Source of the DNA: Heteronotia binoei
Lineage: Eukaryota
Length of the DNA: 64,000 nt
Assembly (NCBI RefSeq): GCF_032191835.1
Contig: NC_083234.1
Span: forward strand, 62,124,001 to 62,188,000
Reading direction: 5' to 3'
The notes under the pieces are model-generated. The model saw only the letters and a list, made by a program, of their open reading frames with translations. It did not search any database and was not told the DNA's origin. Below, piece by piece: positions 35,390 through 46,330 of this stretch; the stretch's first letter is position 1; every line of letters starts with the position of its first letter. The position numbers were made by a program, and so were the translations under genes.

Positions 35390-35570
35390 NNNNNNNNNNN
35401 NNNNNNNNNNNNNNNNNNNNNNNNNNNNNNNNNNNNNNNNNNNNNNNNNNNNNNNNNNNNNNNNNNNNNNNNNNNNNNNNNNNNNNNNNNNNNNNNNNNN
35501 NNNNNNNNNNNNNNNNNNNNNNNNNNNNNNNNNNNNNNNNNNNNNNNNNNNNNNNNNNNNNNNNNNNNNN
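35390..35570. other. Assembly gap (181 N)
   Basis: Run of N between the two tandem arrays. Confidence 1.
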
Positions 35571-36065
35571 AGGGCCTCCAGGGACCAGCGGAGGCCGCGG
35601 GGAGGCCTTCGCTGGTCGGCGCTGGTCCCGGAAGGCCTTCCAGAGGTTCTGGAAGGCCTTCCGGGACCAGCGCCGGGTGCTCCGCGGCGTCCCCGCGGCC
35701 TCCGCTGGTCCCTGGAGGCCCTCCAGAGACTCTGGAGGGCCTCCAGGGACCAGCGGAGGCCGCGGGGAGGCCTTCGCTGGTCGGCGCTGGTCCCGGAAGG
35801 CCTTCCAGAGGCTCTGGAAGGCCTTCCGGGACCAGCGCCGGGTCCTCCGCGGCGTCCCCGCGGCCTCCGCTGGTCCCTGGAGGCCCTCCAGAGACTCTGG
35901 AGGGCCTCCAGGGACCAGCGGAGGCCGCGGGGAGGCCTTCGCTGGTCGGCGCTGGTCCCGGAAGGCCTTCCAGAGGCTCTGGAAGGCCTTCCGGGACCAG
36001 CGCCGGGTGCTCCGCGGCGTCCCCGCGGCCTCCGCTGGTCCCTGGAGGCCCTTCAGAGACTCTGG
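35571..36065. repeat. GC-rich tandem array, 3 x 165 bp, internally palindromic
   Basis: Units at 35571, 35736 and 35901, with symmetry centres ccagagNctctgg both mid-unit and at unit junctions. Confidence 0.95.
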
Positions 36066-38120
36066 CTGCCGGCCTCGCGCGCGGGCGGGGAAGGCGGCGA
36101 GTGAGGGAGGGAGCGTCCCTGCGCGTGCGCAGGGGCCCTGCGCAGGCGCAGGGACGCTCCCTCCCTCCCTCACTCGCCGCCTTCCCCGCCGGCGCCCGCG
36201 GCCCACCGCCTCCGGGGCTGGCTAAACCAGGACCTTTAATGGTCCCGGTGTAGGCAGCCCGGGAGCCGGGATTGGGTGGCCAGAACCGGGAATGTCCCGG
36301 GAGACCGGGACGGTCTGGCCACCCTAGGTGTCTGTGTTACTTTGAAGAAGTTGGCAGCAACTTGTGAGTAGAGAGTCCAATCTCTCACTTCAGTCGCCAG
36401 AAATGGGGGGGGAGGGGGGAGGGAAACGTCTGCTGAGCACTTCATATTCCCTATGTGGAGATCGATTCTCATAGGGTATAATGGGGAATTAATCTGGAGG
36501 TTTTTGGGGCTGTGGGGGGAGCTGTTTTTTGAGGTAGAGGCACCAAATTTTCAGTATAGTATCTAGTGCCTCTCCCCAAAGAACTCCCCAAGTTTCAAAA
36601 CGATTGGACCAGGGGGTCTAATTCTATGAGCCCCAAAAGAAGGTGCCCCTATCCTTCATTATTTCCTATGGAAGGAAGACATTTAAAAAGGTGTGCTGTC
36701 CCTTTAAATGTGATGGCCAGAACTCCCTTGGAGTTCAATTATGCTTGTCACATCCTTGTTCCTGGCTCCACCCCCAATGTCTCCTGGCTCCACCCCCAAA
36801 GTATCCTGGCTCCACCCCCAAAGTCCCCAGATATTTATTGAATTGGACTTGGCAACCCTATCCACCACCTATTTTTCTACAAAATGACCCCTGTCTGGAA
36901 GTGACATCATCACACCGGGCACATTGCATGGGGGCATTCTATCATTTGGGGGAAAACTCTATGGTCATCATAGTTTTTACCCAAATGCTAGACATTCCCA
37001 GGGTGATGATGTTATCTCCGGGTGACATCACACCGGGCATGTCAGGTGCACTGGCACTCTTTGGGGGGGGGGTGGAGCTTCCCTGCCAGCCAGTTTTGTG
37101 GTCCCAAAATTAGGGGAACCCCTGTCCCCAGGGGAAGAATGGGGACCCTGAAAGGGGAGGGAGGATGAGCATTATTATTTCAAAGACTCATAGCTCACCT
37201 GGTATCACTTGTCTGTTTAAAAGCTATTTTACTTGCTGGTGCCCACTAAAGCACAAGTCCATTACTGTTAAATTGCTGATTTGGGATTGAGTAAACAAGG
37301 CTTCATATGCAGCAATATTTATGGGTACCTGAAGGCTGTGGGTTGCAGATTTGGGGTAGGGTAGGGGATGGAATTTATAGCAAGCTTGATAATTTTGTAC
37401 TGTGTGAGAGCATTCATTCTTCCTTGTTCTGAATTAGCATCCTGAAGAGAGAAGGAGAAAAAAAAGCTCCTTTAGCTAATAAAACATGGATTGCTACAAT
37501 GGGAAAAATGTTTTGTGAGACTTTGTATTAAAACAAGAAGAGAAAGAAGTAAAGGTTTTGTTTTGTTGTTTTTAACACAATTTTTTCCCTCATAATGTTT
37601 ACCTTAATTTGAAAGTGCAGCTGTGAACTCAAATACAGGGCTGCAGAATGAAGACACTGTTCTCATTGTGCTGATATGTTTCTTCTGGGTAGATGCTCCG
37701 TAATCCCTGGGTCTGATTGAGTGGCAAAGGTATTTGCCTAAATATGGTTATGCTTTAATAAAAAAGAGACCTAATTTCAGCCATGTCAAATTGTGTGAAT
37801 GTATTATCCTTGCTGTTTTTAATCTTTACATTGCTGCCATGTGGGGTTCTGTTTCACATGGGGCCATTGCACAGAAGGAGGAAGAAGAGGTATTCCCCTC
37901 TCCCCTGCGATCTGAATTCCTACCCCTGTGTTGCTGCTTGCTCCGCAAAGGAAAAAATACTGGCAACCACAGGGTTAAAGATAAAGAAACTAGTTTGGCC
38001 CTGTTAGGTTCAGGCATATCATTAGACTTTTGCTGCACATTTCAGCACCATTTGGAAGAAATTGTCAGCTTAACAAAGGTGTAGAGTTCTCCATTTGGTT
38101 ACAGGCAGAAGGCCTTTGAG

Positions 38121-38448
38121 GAGCCCCGTGGCGCAGAGTGGTAAGCTGCAGTACTGCAGTCCAAGCTCTCTTCACAACCTGAATTCGATCCCAGTAGAAG
38201 CTGGGCTCAGGTAGCTGGCTCAAGGTTGACTCAGCCTTCCATCCTTCCAAGGTCAGTAAAATGAATACTCAGCTTTCTGGGGGTAAATTGTAGATGACTG
38301 GGCAAACCTCCCCTTTAAAAGTTTGCTGTGAAAACGTTGTGAAAGCAATGTCACTCCAGAGTCAGGGGGAAAAAAAAGTCTGCCAAGAAAACGTTGTGAT
38401 GTCATGTCACCCCATGCTTGCACAGAGGACTACCTTTTTTTTTTTTTT
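38121..38448 (+). mobile_element. Sauria SINE (Squam1-like)
   Basis: gagccccgtggcgcagagtggtaag head, caaggttgactcagccttccatccttcc body, gactaccttt tail; 14-bp TSD AGAAGGCCTTTGAG at 38107-38120 and 38449-38462. Confidence 0.9.
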
Positions 38449-38569
38449 AGAAGGCCTTTGAGACTTATTGCAAGCTTGGTGTAGTTCTAGGCCTCACTAC
38501 TCACCCAGTCCCATAGCCAGAATAATTGTATTGGGTGGTGGGGGTTGAGTACAGTGGTGGTCAGCCTAT

Positions 38570-38900
38570 TGTTATTTATTCACTTTATTATTTATTTGCC
38601 AGTTTTCTGCTTGAGGCTCAAGGTGGATTACATGGTATAGAACAATGTGATAGAGCCACTTGAGAGTTCTAATAAGCAATGCAATAGGACAAGGATTACA
38701 AAAATAAGAAAAGTACAAAAAAGTATCATACATGCTATGGCAAGCAATGTAGAAAACATAATTATAAAAAATGAAAACAATGCTATAAGAGCATGATAGA
38801 ACATACAATAAATCAATAATATATAACATACACTGTGGCATAAACTGCAGTCCTTCCTGTATTAGCTTAATAAAAATGCCCTCCCAAATAACTATTCTAC
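38570..38900 (-). mobile_element. L2-like LINE 3' fragment
   Basis: ttatttattcactttattatttatttgcc...gaggctcaaggtggattac, a reverse 3' tail. Confidence 0.5.
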
Positions 38901-39387
38901 ATAGTTTGAAGAATTCGGAAGTGTGAGAATTCTTCCTCTAGTTACTGAAATCTGAAACTGTAAATACATCCTTCTTTTCTTTATAAATCACTAGCTCAAG
39001 GCTTCTAATAGTGCCAGCAACTGCCCATACATGTGCATTTTCTGTTGAGAGCAAGTGTGATGTAGTGGTTAAGAGTGTTGGACTCTAATCTGGAGTATAA
39101 GCATTTGTTTTCCTTCACTGTGTTTCCCCCCAGAACTACCGGTAAATACAAATGGTAACCATATAAACTAACCTTGGTATTCCTGCTTGGTCCCAGAATC
39201 TGTTAAACATCTTCGTTATGCTGTATGCTAATTTACTCCTCATCCTCTACCTATATCTGTGGACTTGTAATTTCCATTTCATTGTATCTAAGGAAGTGTG
39301 CTTGCACACAAAAATTTATACCTTGAATAAAACTTTGTTGGTGTTAAAGGTGCCACTGGACTCAAATGTTGTTCTGCAGGTTCAGAC

Positions 39388-40953
39388 TAGGGGTGTGCAA
39401 AAAAAAATCGGAATTACACGGATTCGGAAATACATGGGGCCAAAAAAATACGGAATACCGTGCATTTCCTATTACCGTAATTGGAATAGCCACATATATG
39501 GTAGATGCACGGCTATTTCCGAATATACGGCCCCATTATACCCTATGGCCATTGAAATCAATGCCAAATAGGATATATTGGAAGCCACCTGGAGGGGAGG
39601 GGGTTTGAGGGAGAGCCCCCAAATTTGCAGGGGACTCTCCCCTACAAACCTCCAAAAAGATTGGGCCAGGGGGTCCCATTCCAGGGGCACCCAAAGAGGG
39701 TGCCCCTATTCCACCATTATACCTTTTGGGCCATTGAAATCAATGGCAACATAGGGCATAATTAGAGGCTACTGGGGGGCAGGGGGTTTGCGGGAGAGCC
39801 CCCAAAACTGCAGGGAACAGGCAGGGGACTCTTCCCTACAAACCCCCCAAGTCCCAAAATGATTGGGCCAGGGGGTCCCTGTCTTTGGGCTCCCCAAAAG
39901 GCCCATTGCCAACAATGATGGGGAAAGCCCAATTAGCTACTTCCTCCACTATAATTGCTGTGGGGAAAGTGGCTCTGGCCAGAGGGAAGTTTGAGGGAGA
40001 GGCCCCAAAACTGCAGGGCAGCTTCAGGGGACTCCCCAGCATGAAACCCCCCTGGTCCAAAAAGGCTGCACCCATCTGTGGGCACCCCAAAAGGAACACT
40101 GCTCCCTATGGTGAGAAAAAACCAATTAGAGCCACTTCCTCACTGTAATTGTTGTGGGAAAAGTGGCTCTGGGGAGCAGGAGGTTTTGAGGAGACCCCCC
40201 CAAATTGCTGTGCAGCTTCAGGGCACTGTCCCATACAAAACCCACAAGGCCAAAAAAATATATAACAACAACAACATTTTATTTATATCCCGCCCTCCCC
40301 GCCGAAGCAGGGTCAGAGCGGCTAACAACATATCAATCCATACATAAATTTAAAATCAACAATCAGCTTAAAACATTCCAATTTAAAATTAACATTTCTG
40401 GTGCTATTCTGTTAAATGTAAGTATGATGGCGGAAATCACTTAAGGCGAATCCATCAGTATTCAATCAGGTAAAGACCATCCTGAAGAGGATGGTCTTGC
40501 AGGCCCTGCGGAACTCTGTGATTGGCCAGATAACACTGTTTACTTGGATACCCAAGTAAACAAAAGAACAACAATGTTGCTGATGGCTGGTTGATTAGCC
40601 CTGCCGTCAGCTACACAACAGCCCTGCAAAGCATGCATTTGCAATGCATTTTGCAAATGCATGCTTTGGATTGGCTGCTGGGGCTTCTATCCCCCTCCCT
40701 GATCCCAGAAAGGCTATGGGAGAGGCAGGAAAGGAAGCAAGCAGCTCCCCTGAGGCTGCAGAAGCCCCTTTCTTGCCTTTTGCATTGAATTCCGTATACT
40801 TCCGAATATCTATATGGAAGTATACGGGGAGCCATATACATCTCCCATTTAATGGCCTGAGAATGAAATGGGAAGTATACGGTGCTGTATACTTCCGAAT
40901 CAGGGGTGATTCGGTGGTCTATGCGGTTCGGCCGAACCGAATGCACACCCCTA
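39388..40953. mobile_element. Non-autonomous hAT element, 1,566 bp (TAGGGGTGTGCA TIRs)
   Basis: Perfect 12-bp TIRs taggggtgtgca/tgcacaccccta; perfect TSD GTTCAGAC at 39380-39387 and 40954-40961; many ccgaa/ttcgg/atacgg subterminal motifs. Confidence 0.92.
40262..40520 (-). mobile_element. L2-like 3' fragment nested in the hAT element
   Basis: aacaacaacattttatttatatcccgccctccccgccgaagcaggg...cttgcaggccctgcggaac. Confidence 0.65.
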
Positions 40954-41569
40954 GTTCAGACCAACATGGCTACCCACCTGAATCCGTTTCTTGAAATATT
41001 TGACAAAAATGTGTGTAATGATTTTTCTGCTGTGTTCCAAATTGCTGTAATCCTAGTTTGATTGCATCGTTTAAGATGTCTCATTTGACTGATTGCATTG
41101 ATTTACACCATGTAATCCATTTTGAGTCTCAATGAGCAAGTTAGACTATAAATAAAGAAATAAAATGCATAGGATCAGACTGTGAGTAGGAAGTTTTCCT
41201 AAGTGAACAAATGTAGGATCAAGCAACAGTGGCATGATCTCTGCACTGCTCCCATGTAAGGGTCTTTCCCCAGCAAATTTCTGTCTTCAGAGCAAATACC
41301 AAACCCTCTATAGCAAATAAGACTCAAGTTGGTAGCATATATTAAAAAATGAAGGTTTTTGCTCACTTTCCTTCTAGTTCCCCAGATACCAGGAATACAA
41401 AAAGGGAGGTTCATGGGAGAGAGAGCAATACTACAAAAAAACTGTGAAACTGTGAAATGAACTGCCATCAGTATTTCATATAAATTTCCAAGATATCATT
41501 TAAATATATGGCAGAATATACATCAATTACACAACAGTAATAATTCAATACATTTGTAAAATGGTGAAT

Positions 41570-41727
41570 GTTAGGCCTCAGATTCAGCAGGAGCTCGCAG
41601 GAGTGGAGCTCCTGAACTTTCTCACAGTTCCACCTCCTTCCCTCTTTGTCCATTGAATAGTAGGTGCAGCTGCACAACAATCCCTGGATGAGCTCCACCA
41701 CCTTTTTTTTCTACAAAACGACCCCTG
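41570..41727. mobile_element. Uninterrupted copy of the CAGGGG-ended repeat (empty-site paralogue of 33432-36893)
   Basis: ttgtccattgaatagtaggtgcagctgca...aatccctggatgagctccaccacc...ttctacaaaacgacccctg. Confidence 0.8.
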
Positions 41728-42822
41728 ATGAATGTGATACCCTGTAATACAATCTAATCCAATCATTCACAAAACTCACTCACAACCATCTCAATATGAC
41801 TGAGTTCATTTCATATAGTCCCAATGCAGTCTCTTCCAGAGTCCAATCCAAGATGTCTCACAATAGTTGTAAGGAAAAAAGGTGTTTGTATGGGAAAAAG
41901 TGCTCTAGCAATTCATTCTTCATATGGTTTTTAAATGGACTTGTTAAAGCCATGTCTGATGGAGTCTGCTTCTGGCAGCTTTTTAATGCACTGTTTCCAA
42001 CACTTTTTCAAAGAGGGATTCTGGAAGTCCGTCACATCTTTAGCTAGATAGATTTTACAATTAAACACATAAATACATAATACCACCATTTTAATCAAAT
42101 ATTTTAAATCAAATATTGTGAAATGGTGGTATTATGTAGTCTTTACTGCTTTTGGCCTTAGGCCATTACTAATTTCCAGCGGATGAAACAAAAAATGAAA
42201 GAGTTCAAAATTCAAACTCCAAAACTTGGACATTAACAATATGAAAATAATCTCATGTTTTCAATTTCATGTTCTTAAACATGTGAAAAACTTAAATCTG
42301 CCCAAATGGCCATATAACCTATTTACCTTAAATTGTATCAAATCAGTGTATCATTGCAGACATTTGCAGAAACTGTATCAGTTACGGGTTACATAAGGTT
42401 CTATATCAGATAGCAGAAAATCCTTTTCCATGTAAGAAATTTGTGACATGGTTCAAAACAGAGGCACCATGTTGTCAGAATACGTTATTCTAAGAGGTAT
42501 GCTCGTCTCTTTATGTATTGACGTTTAGGCATGACACACATAACTTTTAATATTATGGGGCATTTAGCTGAGCTTGCCTTCTTTCTCAAGCTTCTGCTTT
42601 TAAGATAGCTTTAGTCTTACTGTGCTAATTGCATTTTTTAGCTGTTTTGAGAAATGTGAGAGTAGGATAATTTTAATTTAATTTTTTTTTTAAATTGAAT
42701 TGCCCTCAGTTTTCAGGTTGAAGAAGTTATAAACTCAATATGTCTAATTAATAAATATTAATAGATTAAGTATGAAATTGTTTACTGTTTGCTTATTTAG
42801 TTCGTTGGATTATTGCATTTAC

Positions 42823-43032
42823 TTTTTTTTTTTTGCCATCAAGTCAGAGCAGACTTATGGCATCCCAGGGTTTTCAAAGCAAGAGACGTTCAGAACTGGT
42901 TTGTCATTGCCTGCCTTTGCTTAGTGACCTTGGTATTCCTTGGCGGTCTCCCATCCAAATACTAGCCAGGGCTAACACTGCATAGCTTCAGAGATCTGTG
43001 AGATCAGGCGAGCCTGGGTTATCCAGGTTAGT
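42823..43032 (-). mobile_element. 5S rRNA-derived SINE with RTE-like tail
   Basis: Minus strand gatctc...gaagctatgcag...tggctagtatttggatgggagaccgccaaggaatacc matches the 5S internal promoter region, followed by gcaatgacaaaccagttctgaacgtctcttgc...gacttgatggcaaaa. Confidence 0.8.
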
Positions 43033-43117
43033 CTACTAAAATAGATACGTCAGAACAGTATTTCCTAGATATATTTTTTAGTTATCATTCTTTACTTACT
43101 GCTAGTCTCCTAAGTTG

Positions 43118-43560
43118 AACATAAGAACATAAGAGAAGCCATGTTAGATCAGGCCAATGGCCTGTTCAGTCCAACACTCTGTGTCACACAGTGGTAAAAA
43201 AAAACCCAGGTGCCATCAGGAGTTCCACCAGTGGGCCAGGATGCTAGAAGCCCTCCCACTGTAACCCCCAAGCACCAAGAATACAGAGCATCACTGCCCC
43301 AGACAGAGAGTTCCAATTATAAGCTGTGGCTAATAGCCACTGATGGACCATATGCTTATCCAATCCCCTCTTGAAGCTGTCTATGCTTGTAGCCGCCACC
43401 ACCTTCTGTGGCAGTGAATCCCACATGTTAATCACCCTTTGGATGAAAAAGTGCTTCCTTTTATCCATTCTAATCCGACTGCTCAGCAATTTCATTGAAT
43501 GTCCACAAATTCTTGTATTGTGAGAAAGGGAGAAAAGTACTTCTTTCTCTGCCTTCTCTA
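43118..43560 (-). mobile_element. CR1 LINE 3' fragment (ORF2 C-terminus plus tail)
   Basis: ORF 43600-43244 contains FSLSHNTRICGHSMKL...RKHFFIQRVINMWDSLPQKVVAATSIDSFKRGLDKHM; tail (ttcttatg)2. Confidence 0.92.
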
Positions 43561-43749
43561 GTAGTAGGCTACACAGAACAGGGGGGAAAAATAGCACCAT
43601 AGAGTTTTATAATGCATTTTACATTTCATATTTATTGATGGAAATATTAATATTAAGTACTTTAAATAAATAATACATATTAAATGCGGTGATGTAGTGA
43701 TGCATAATACACTCACTGTGGAGGGATAGTGTGTTGCAGTGAAATAAAC

Positions 43750-43873
43750 AGAAGTCCAATGGCACCTTAGAGACTAACAAAATTTAGTCATGCATCTGAT
43801 GAAGTGATCTCCGACTCATGAAAACTTATGCCGGAATAAATTTTGCTAGTCATTAAAGGGCCACTGGACTCCT
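43750..43873 (+). mobile_element. Penelope-like terminal fragment with inverted ends and a decayed hammerhead motif
   Basis: agtccaatggcaccttagagactaacaaaattta is the diverged reverse complement of taaattttgctagtcattaaagggccactggact; between them lies gcat-ctgatga-agtga...tcat-gaaa-act-t-atgc. Confidence 0.65.
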
Positions 43874-45639
43874 ATAGAATATTCCTCTGTATCCTCGGAA
43901 TTAGTCCTCTGTCATTGTAGGTCACACAAGATAACATCATGGAGTTTTTTATTTGTTTCAAGATGTGGGATGATGGGGAGGAGAGAGGTTGCCATTGGCT
44001 CTGGTGGAAGCAGAGTTTTATTTGGTGTGCGTTGTTCAGGAAGCTTTTTGTTACCTCAAATTCTTCCTTCTCCTTTTTTTTTTGTCATTGTAAAGCATGG
44101 AGATGAGTCCCATACACACAATAAAAAAATCTAGAATGGCACCTTCCCCCTAGCAAACAAAACCTTTAGATGAAGCAATATAGTGCTATTGTAAATATCC
44201 AGGAATTTTGTTAATGAAAAAGCAGTTGGCAATCAGCTGAAGATGTTAATTGATCCAAGTTTTATTTTCAGATAGCTTGAGGTATCATTAACATGAGGTA
44301 TTTATAGTACTGGTTCAAGGCGTATGAGGGGAGGGCTATTATTTAGGGTTTTAATGGCTATACATAATGTTAATTTGTAGAAAACAAGCAAGAACTGTTT
44401 GCTCACATCCAAAGAATAGTTCAGAAGACAGCTGCATTTTCTTTTTGCATTTTGCAGCTGAGCACTGGCTGAGCGATTTCTCCCGTTAGCCAAAAATCTA
44501 CATCCCTGCTTGCACAGGGTATTTTGTCTCTATCTCAGAGTAATAAATACATTTTAGCTGCAACCCAAGCACAGTGCATGCAATTTAGATTTGCACCTAA
44601 GCAGGGTGGGGGAAAACCCAAATAAACATCCCTTCTTAGTCTTTCTCACTCACTTCCCATTCTGTATTGTTTTGCAAATCTCATATCTCTATGTATACCT
44701 TCTCTCTCTTGAAGACTCAATGCACGTCATAATCTGACACTATTCCCAGTACTTTATTATTATTATTATTTTACAAAATATAGAGAAACATGGTAAGTAC
44801 TCTCACTGCACCAAGACAATATGATGATGGAATTGAATCCATGCTTGGGAAGAGAATGATATTGGGGGAAATCAGGGTTCATCTACACATTACAAAGTCC
44901 TTCTGTTTGTTGGGGAACAATGGGAAGATTTTGTACTACAATTGTGATAAAACTTCTGAGCTTCCCAGATGCACACTGGCTCTTTTCTGTTTGCAGCCAC
45001 AGCATGCAGGGAGAAGCAACTGTAGCCCCCCCCCCACCCCGGTTGTTTTCATGTCCTCTAGCTACTGGATGAAGTCCCTGTTTGCTCCATCATTAAACTT
45101 GCATGTAACCACATAAGTAACTTTTTTTTTTACAACAGAGTCAATAGCAGCTCTATGGGGGAGTTTGAGGATGCAAAAACAGCGAGGGGGGGAGGCATTT
45201 CTCCCTTCGTGCTGTGGCAAGCAGGAAAAGGCCCATGCGCATCTTGGAGGGCACAAATTCCCAAAGTATGTGTGATACTTGGTAATATATAAAACTTTGT
45301 AATATATAAACAGAGCCTTTAGGAATGAAGCAGCAAGTTGGATTTTGAGATTTCGCGTAGCTGTTACATCAACAGTTGACTCTGGAGGAGGATTATATAG
45401 GAACATGTGGCACTTCAGATAAAAAGTAGAAAGACTTTTTGGGAGAAAGAGTAAAAGATGGAGGCACCAGGCCATTTGGGAGGAAACATCATTTTAGTTT
45501 TTATTTATTAAGTGGAAGGGGATGAAGCTGTGTCTGATGATGGACAGTTGGCTGGCTGTCACCCCACCAAATTTAGCTGTGGGATTGGAGGCTGTGGCTA
45601 TGTGGTTGAGGCTGAACCAGCTGAGACTGAATCCATCAT

Positions 45640-46330
45640 AGGTGGTGTTCCTGTGGCTGGGGTGTGTGATCTGAGGTTGGGGTACCAACTCCCTGCTCTG
45701 AATGGCATGTAACTAACACTGGCACTGACCATCAAGAGCCTGGGTGTGCTCCTGGATTCCTCCTTATCTATGGAGGCCCAAGTAGTGAATGTATTTTCCA
45801 ACTGCACCAGATCAGGCAACTAGTCTCCTTCCTCTCTAGCCCTGACCTTGCTACAGTGATCCAAGCAATGGACAACTCAAGGTTGGATTATTGCAACTTG
45901 TTCTCCATAGGGCTACTCTTGAAGCTGACCCAGAAACTACAGCTTGTTTCAAGATATGGGATGCATGTTGAGTACTGGATCTGCTTCAAGGTTTTGGTTC
46001 CGACCTTTAAGGCCCTTGACAGTCTGAGACCAGTGTACCTGTGGGACCACCTCTCCTGTTATGTTTTCCAAAGTGCCTTGCACTCAGAAGATTAAAACCT
46101 GCTGGTGGTCCCTGGCCCAAAAGATATCTTCAACTGAAGTCAGGGCCTCTTTGGCCCTCGCTCTAGCCCAATAGAACTCTCTACCTGGTGACACCCACGC
46201 CCTGTGGGACCTTGCTCAGTTCCACAGGGTGTGTAAAACAGAGATGTTCCACCAGGCCTATGGTTGAGGACAGCAACAGCCCAAACTGTGGCTCTCATTA
46301 TAGCCCCCTCCTTGACCAGTCCCTGATCTG
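45640..46330 (+). mobile_element. L2-clade LINE 3' fragment
   Basis: Frames give KSLGVLLDSSLSMEAQV and DLATVIQAMDNSRLDYCNLF...KLQLV, typical of the L2 ORF2 C-terminal region. Confidence 0.85.

Larger units (their letters stand above)
33760..36326. mobile_element. Non-autonomous composite hAT element (TAGGGTG(A/G)CCA TIRs), 2,567 bp including a 181-N gap
   Basis: TIRs tagggtgacca (33760-33770) and tggccacccta (36316-36326); perfect 8-bp TSD GGTGTCTG at 33752-33759 and 36327-36334; repeated ccggga/gggac subterminal motifs; no transposase ORF visible. Confidence 0.92.
33572..36860. mobile_element. hAT-type MITE (TAGGGTTGCCA family) containing a nested element
   Basis: TIRs taggcttgcca (33572) and tggcaacccta (36850-36860); TSD tccactac/tccaccac (7 of 8). 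Segment 36390-36860 matches 14344-14823 in reverse. Confidence 0.88.
33432..36893. mobile_element. Short CAGGGG-ended interspersed repeat, outermost host of a nest
   Basis: 33432-33571 joined to 36861-36893 reconstitutes the uninterrupted copy at 41570-41727 (gatgagctccaccacct...tttctacaaaa(t/c)gacccctg). Confidence 0.8.
39270..40983 (+). mobile_element. Penelope-like terminal fragment split by a hAT element (39270-39387 and 40954-40983)
   Basis: aaggaagtgtgcttgcacac...aataaaactttgttggtgttaaaggtgccactggactc...gttcagac, then caacatggctacccacctgaatc. Confidence 0.6.

Noticed and set aside
35290-36253. Long ORFs of 285-311 aa on both strands
   Set aside because: They run through the N gap and a stop-poor GC tandem repeat; the translations are periodic with no domain.
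38041-38061. REST/RE1 site (TTCAGCACC)
   Set aside because: Only the left half-site matches; the GGACAG half is absent. A similar partial match near 21140 is weaker.
42930-43032. 5S rRNA gene
   Set aside because: Diverged, incomplete and fused to an RTE-like tail.
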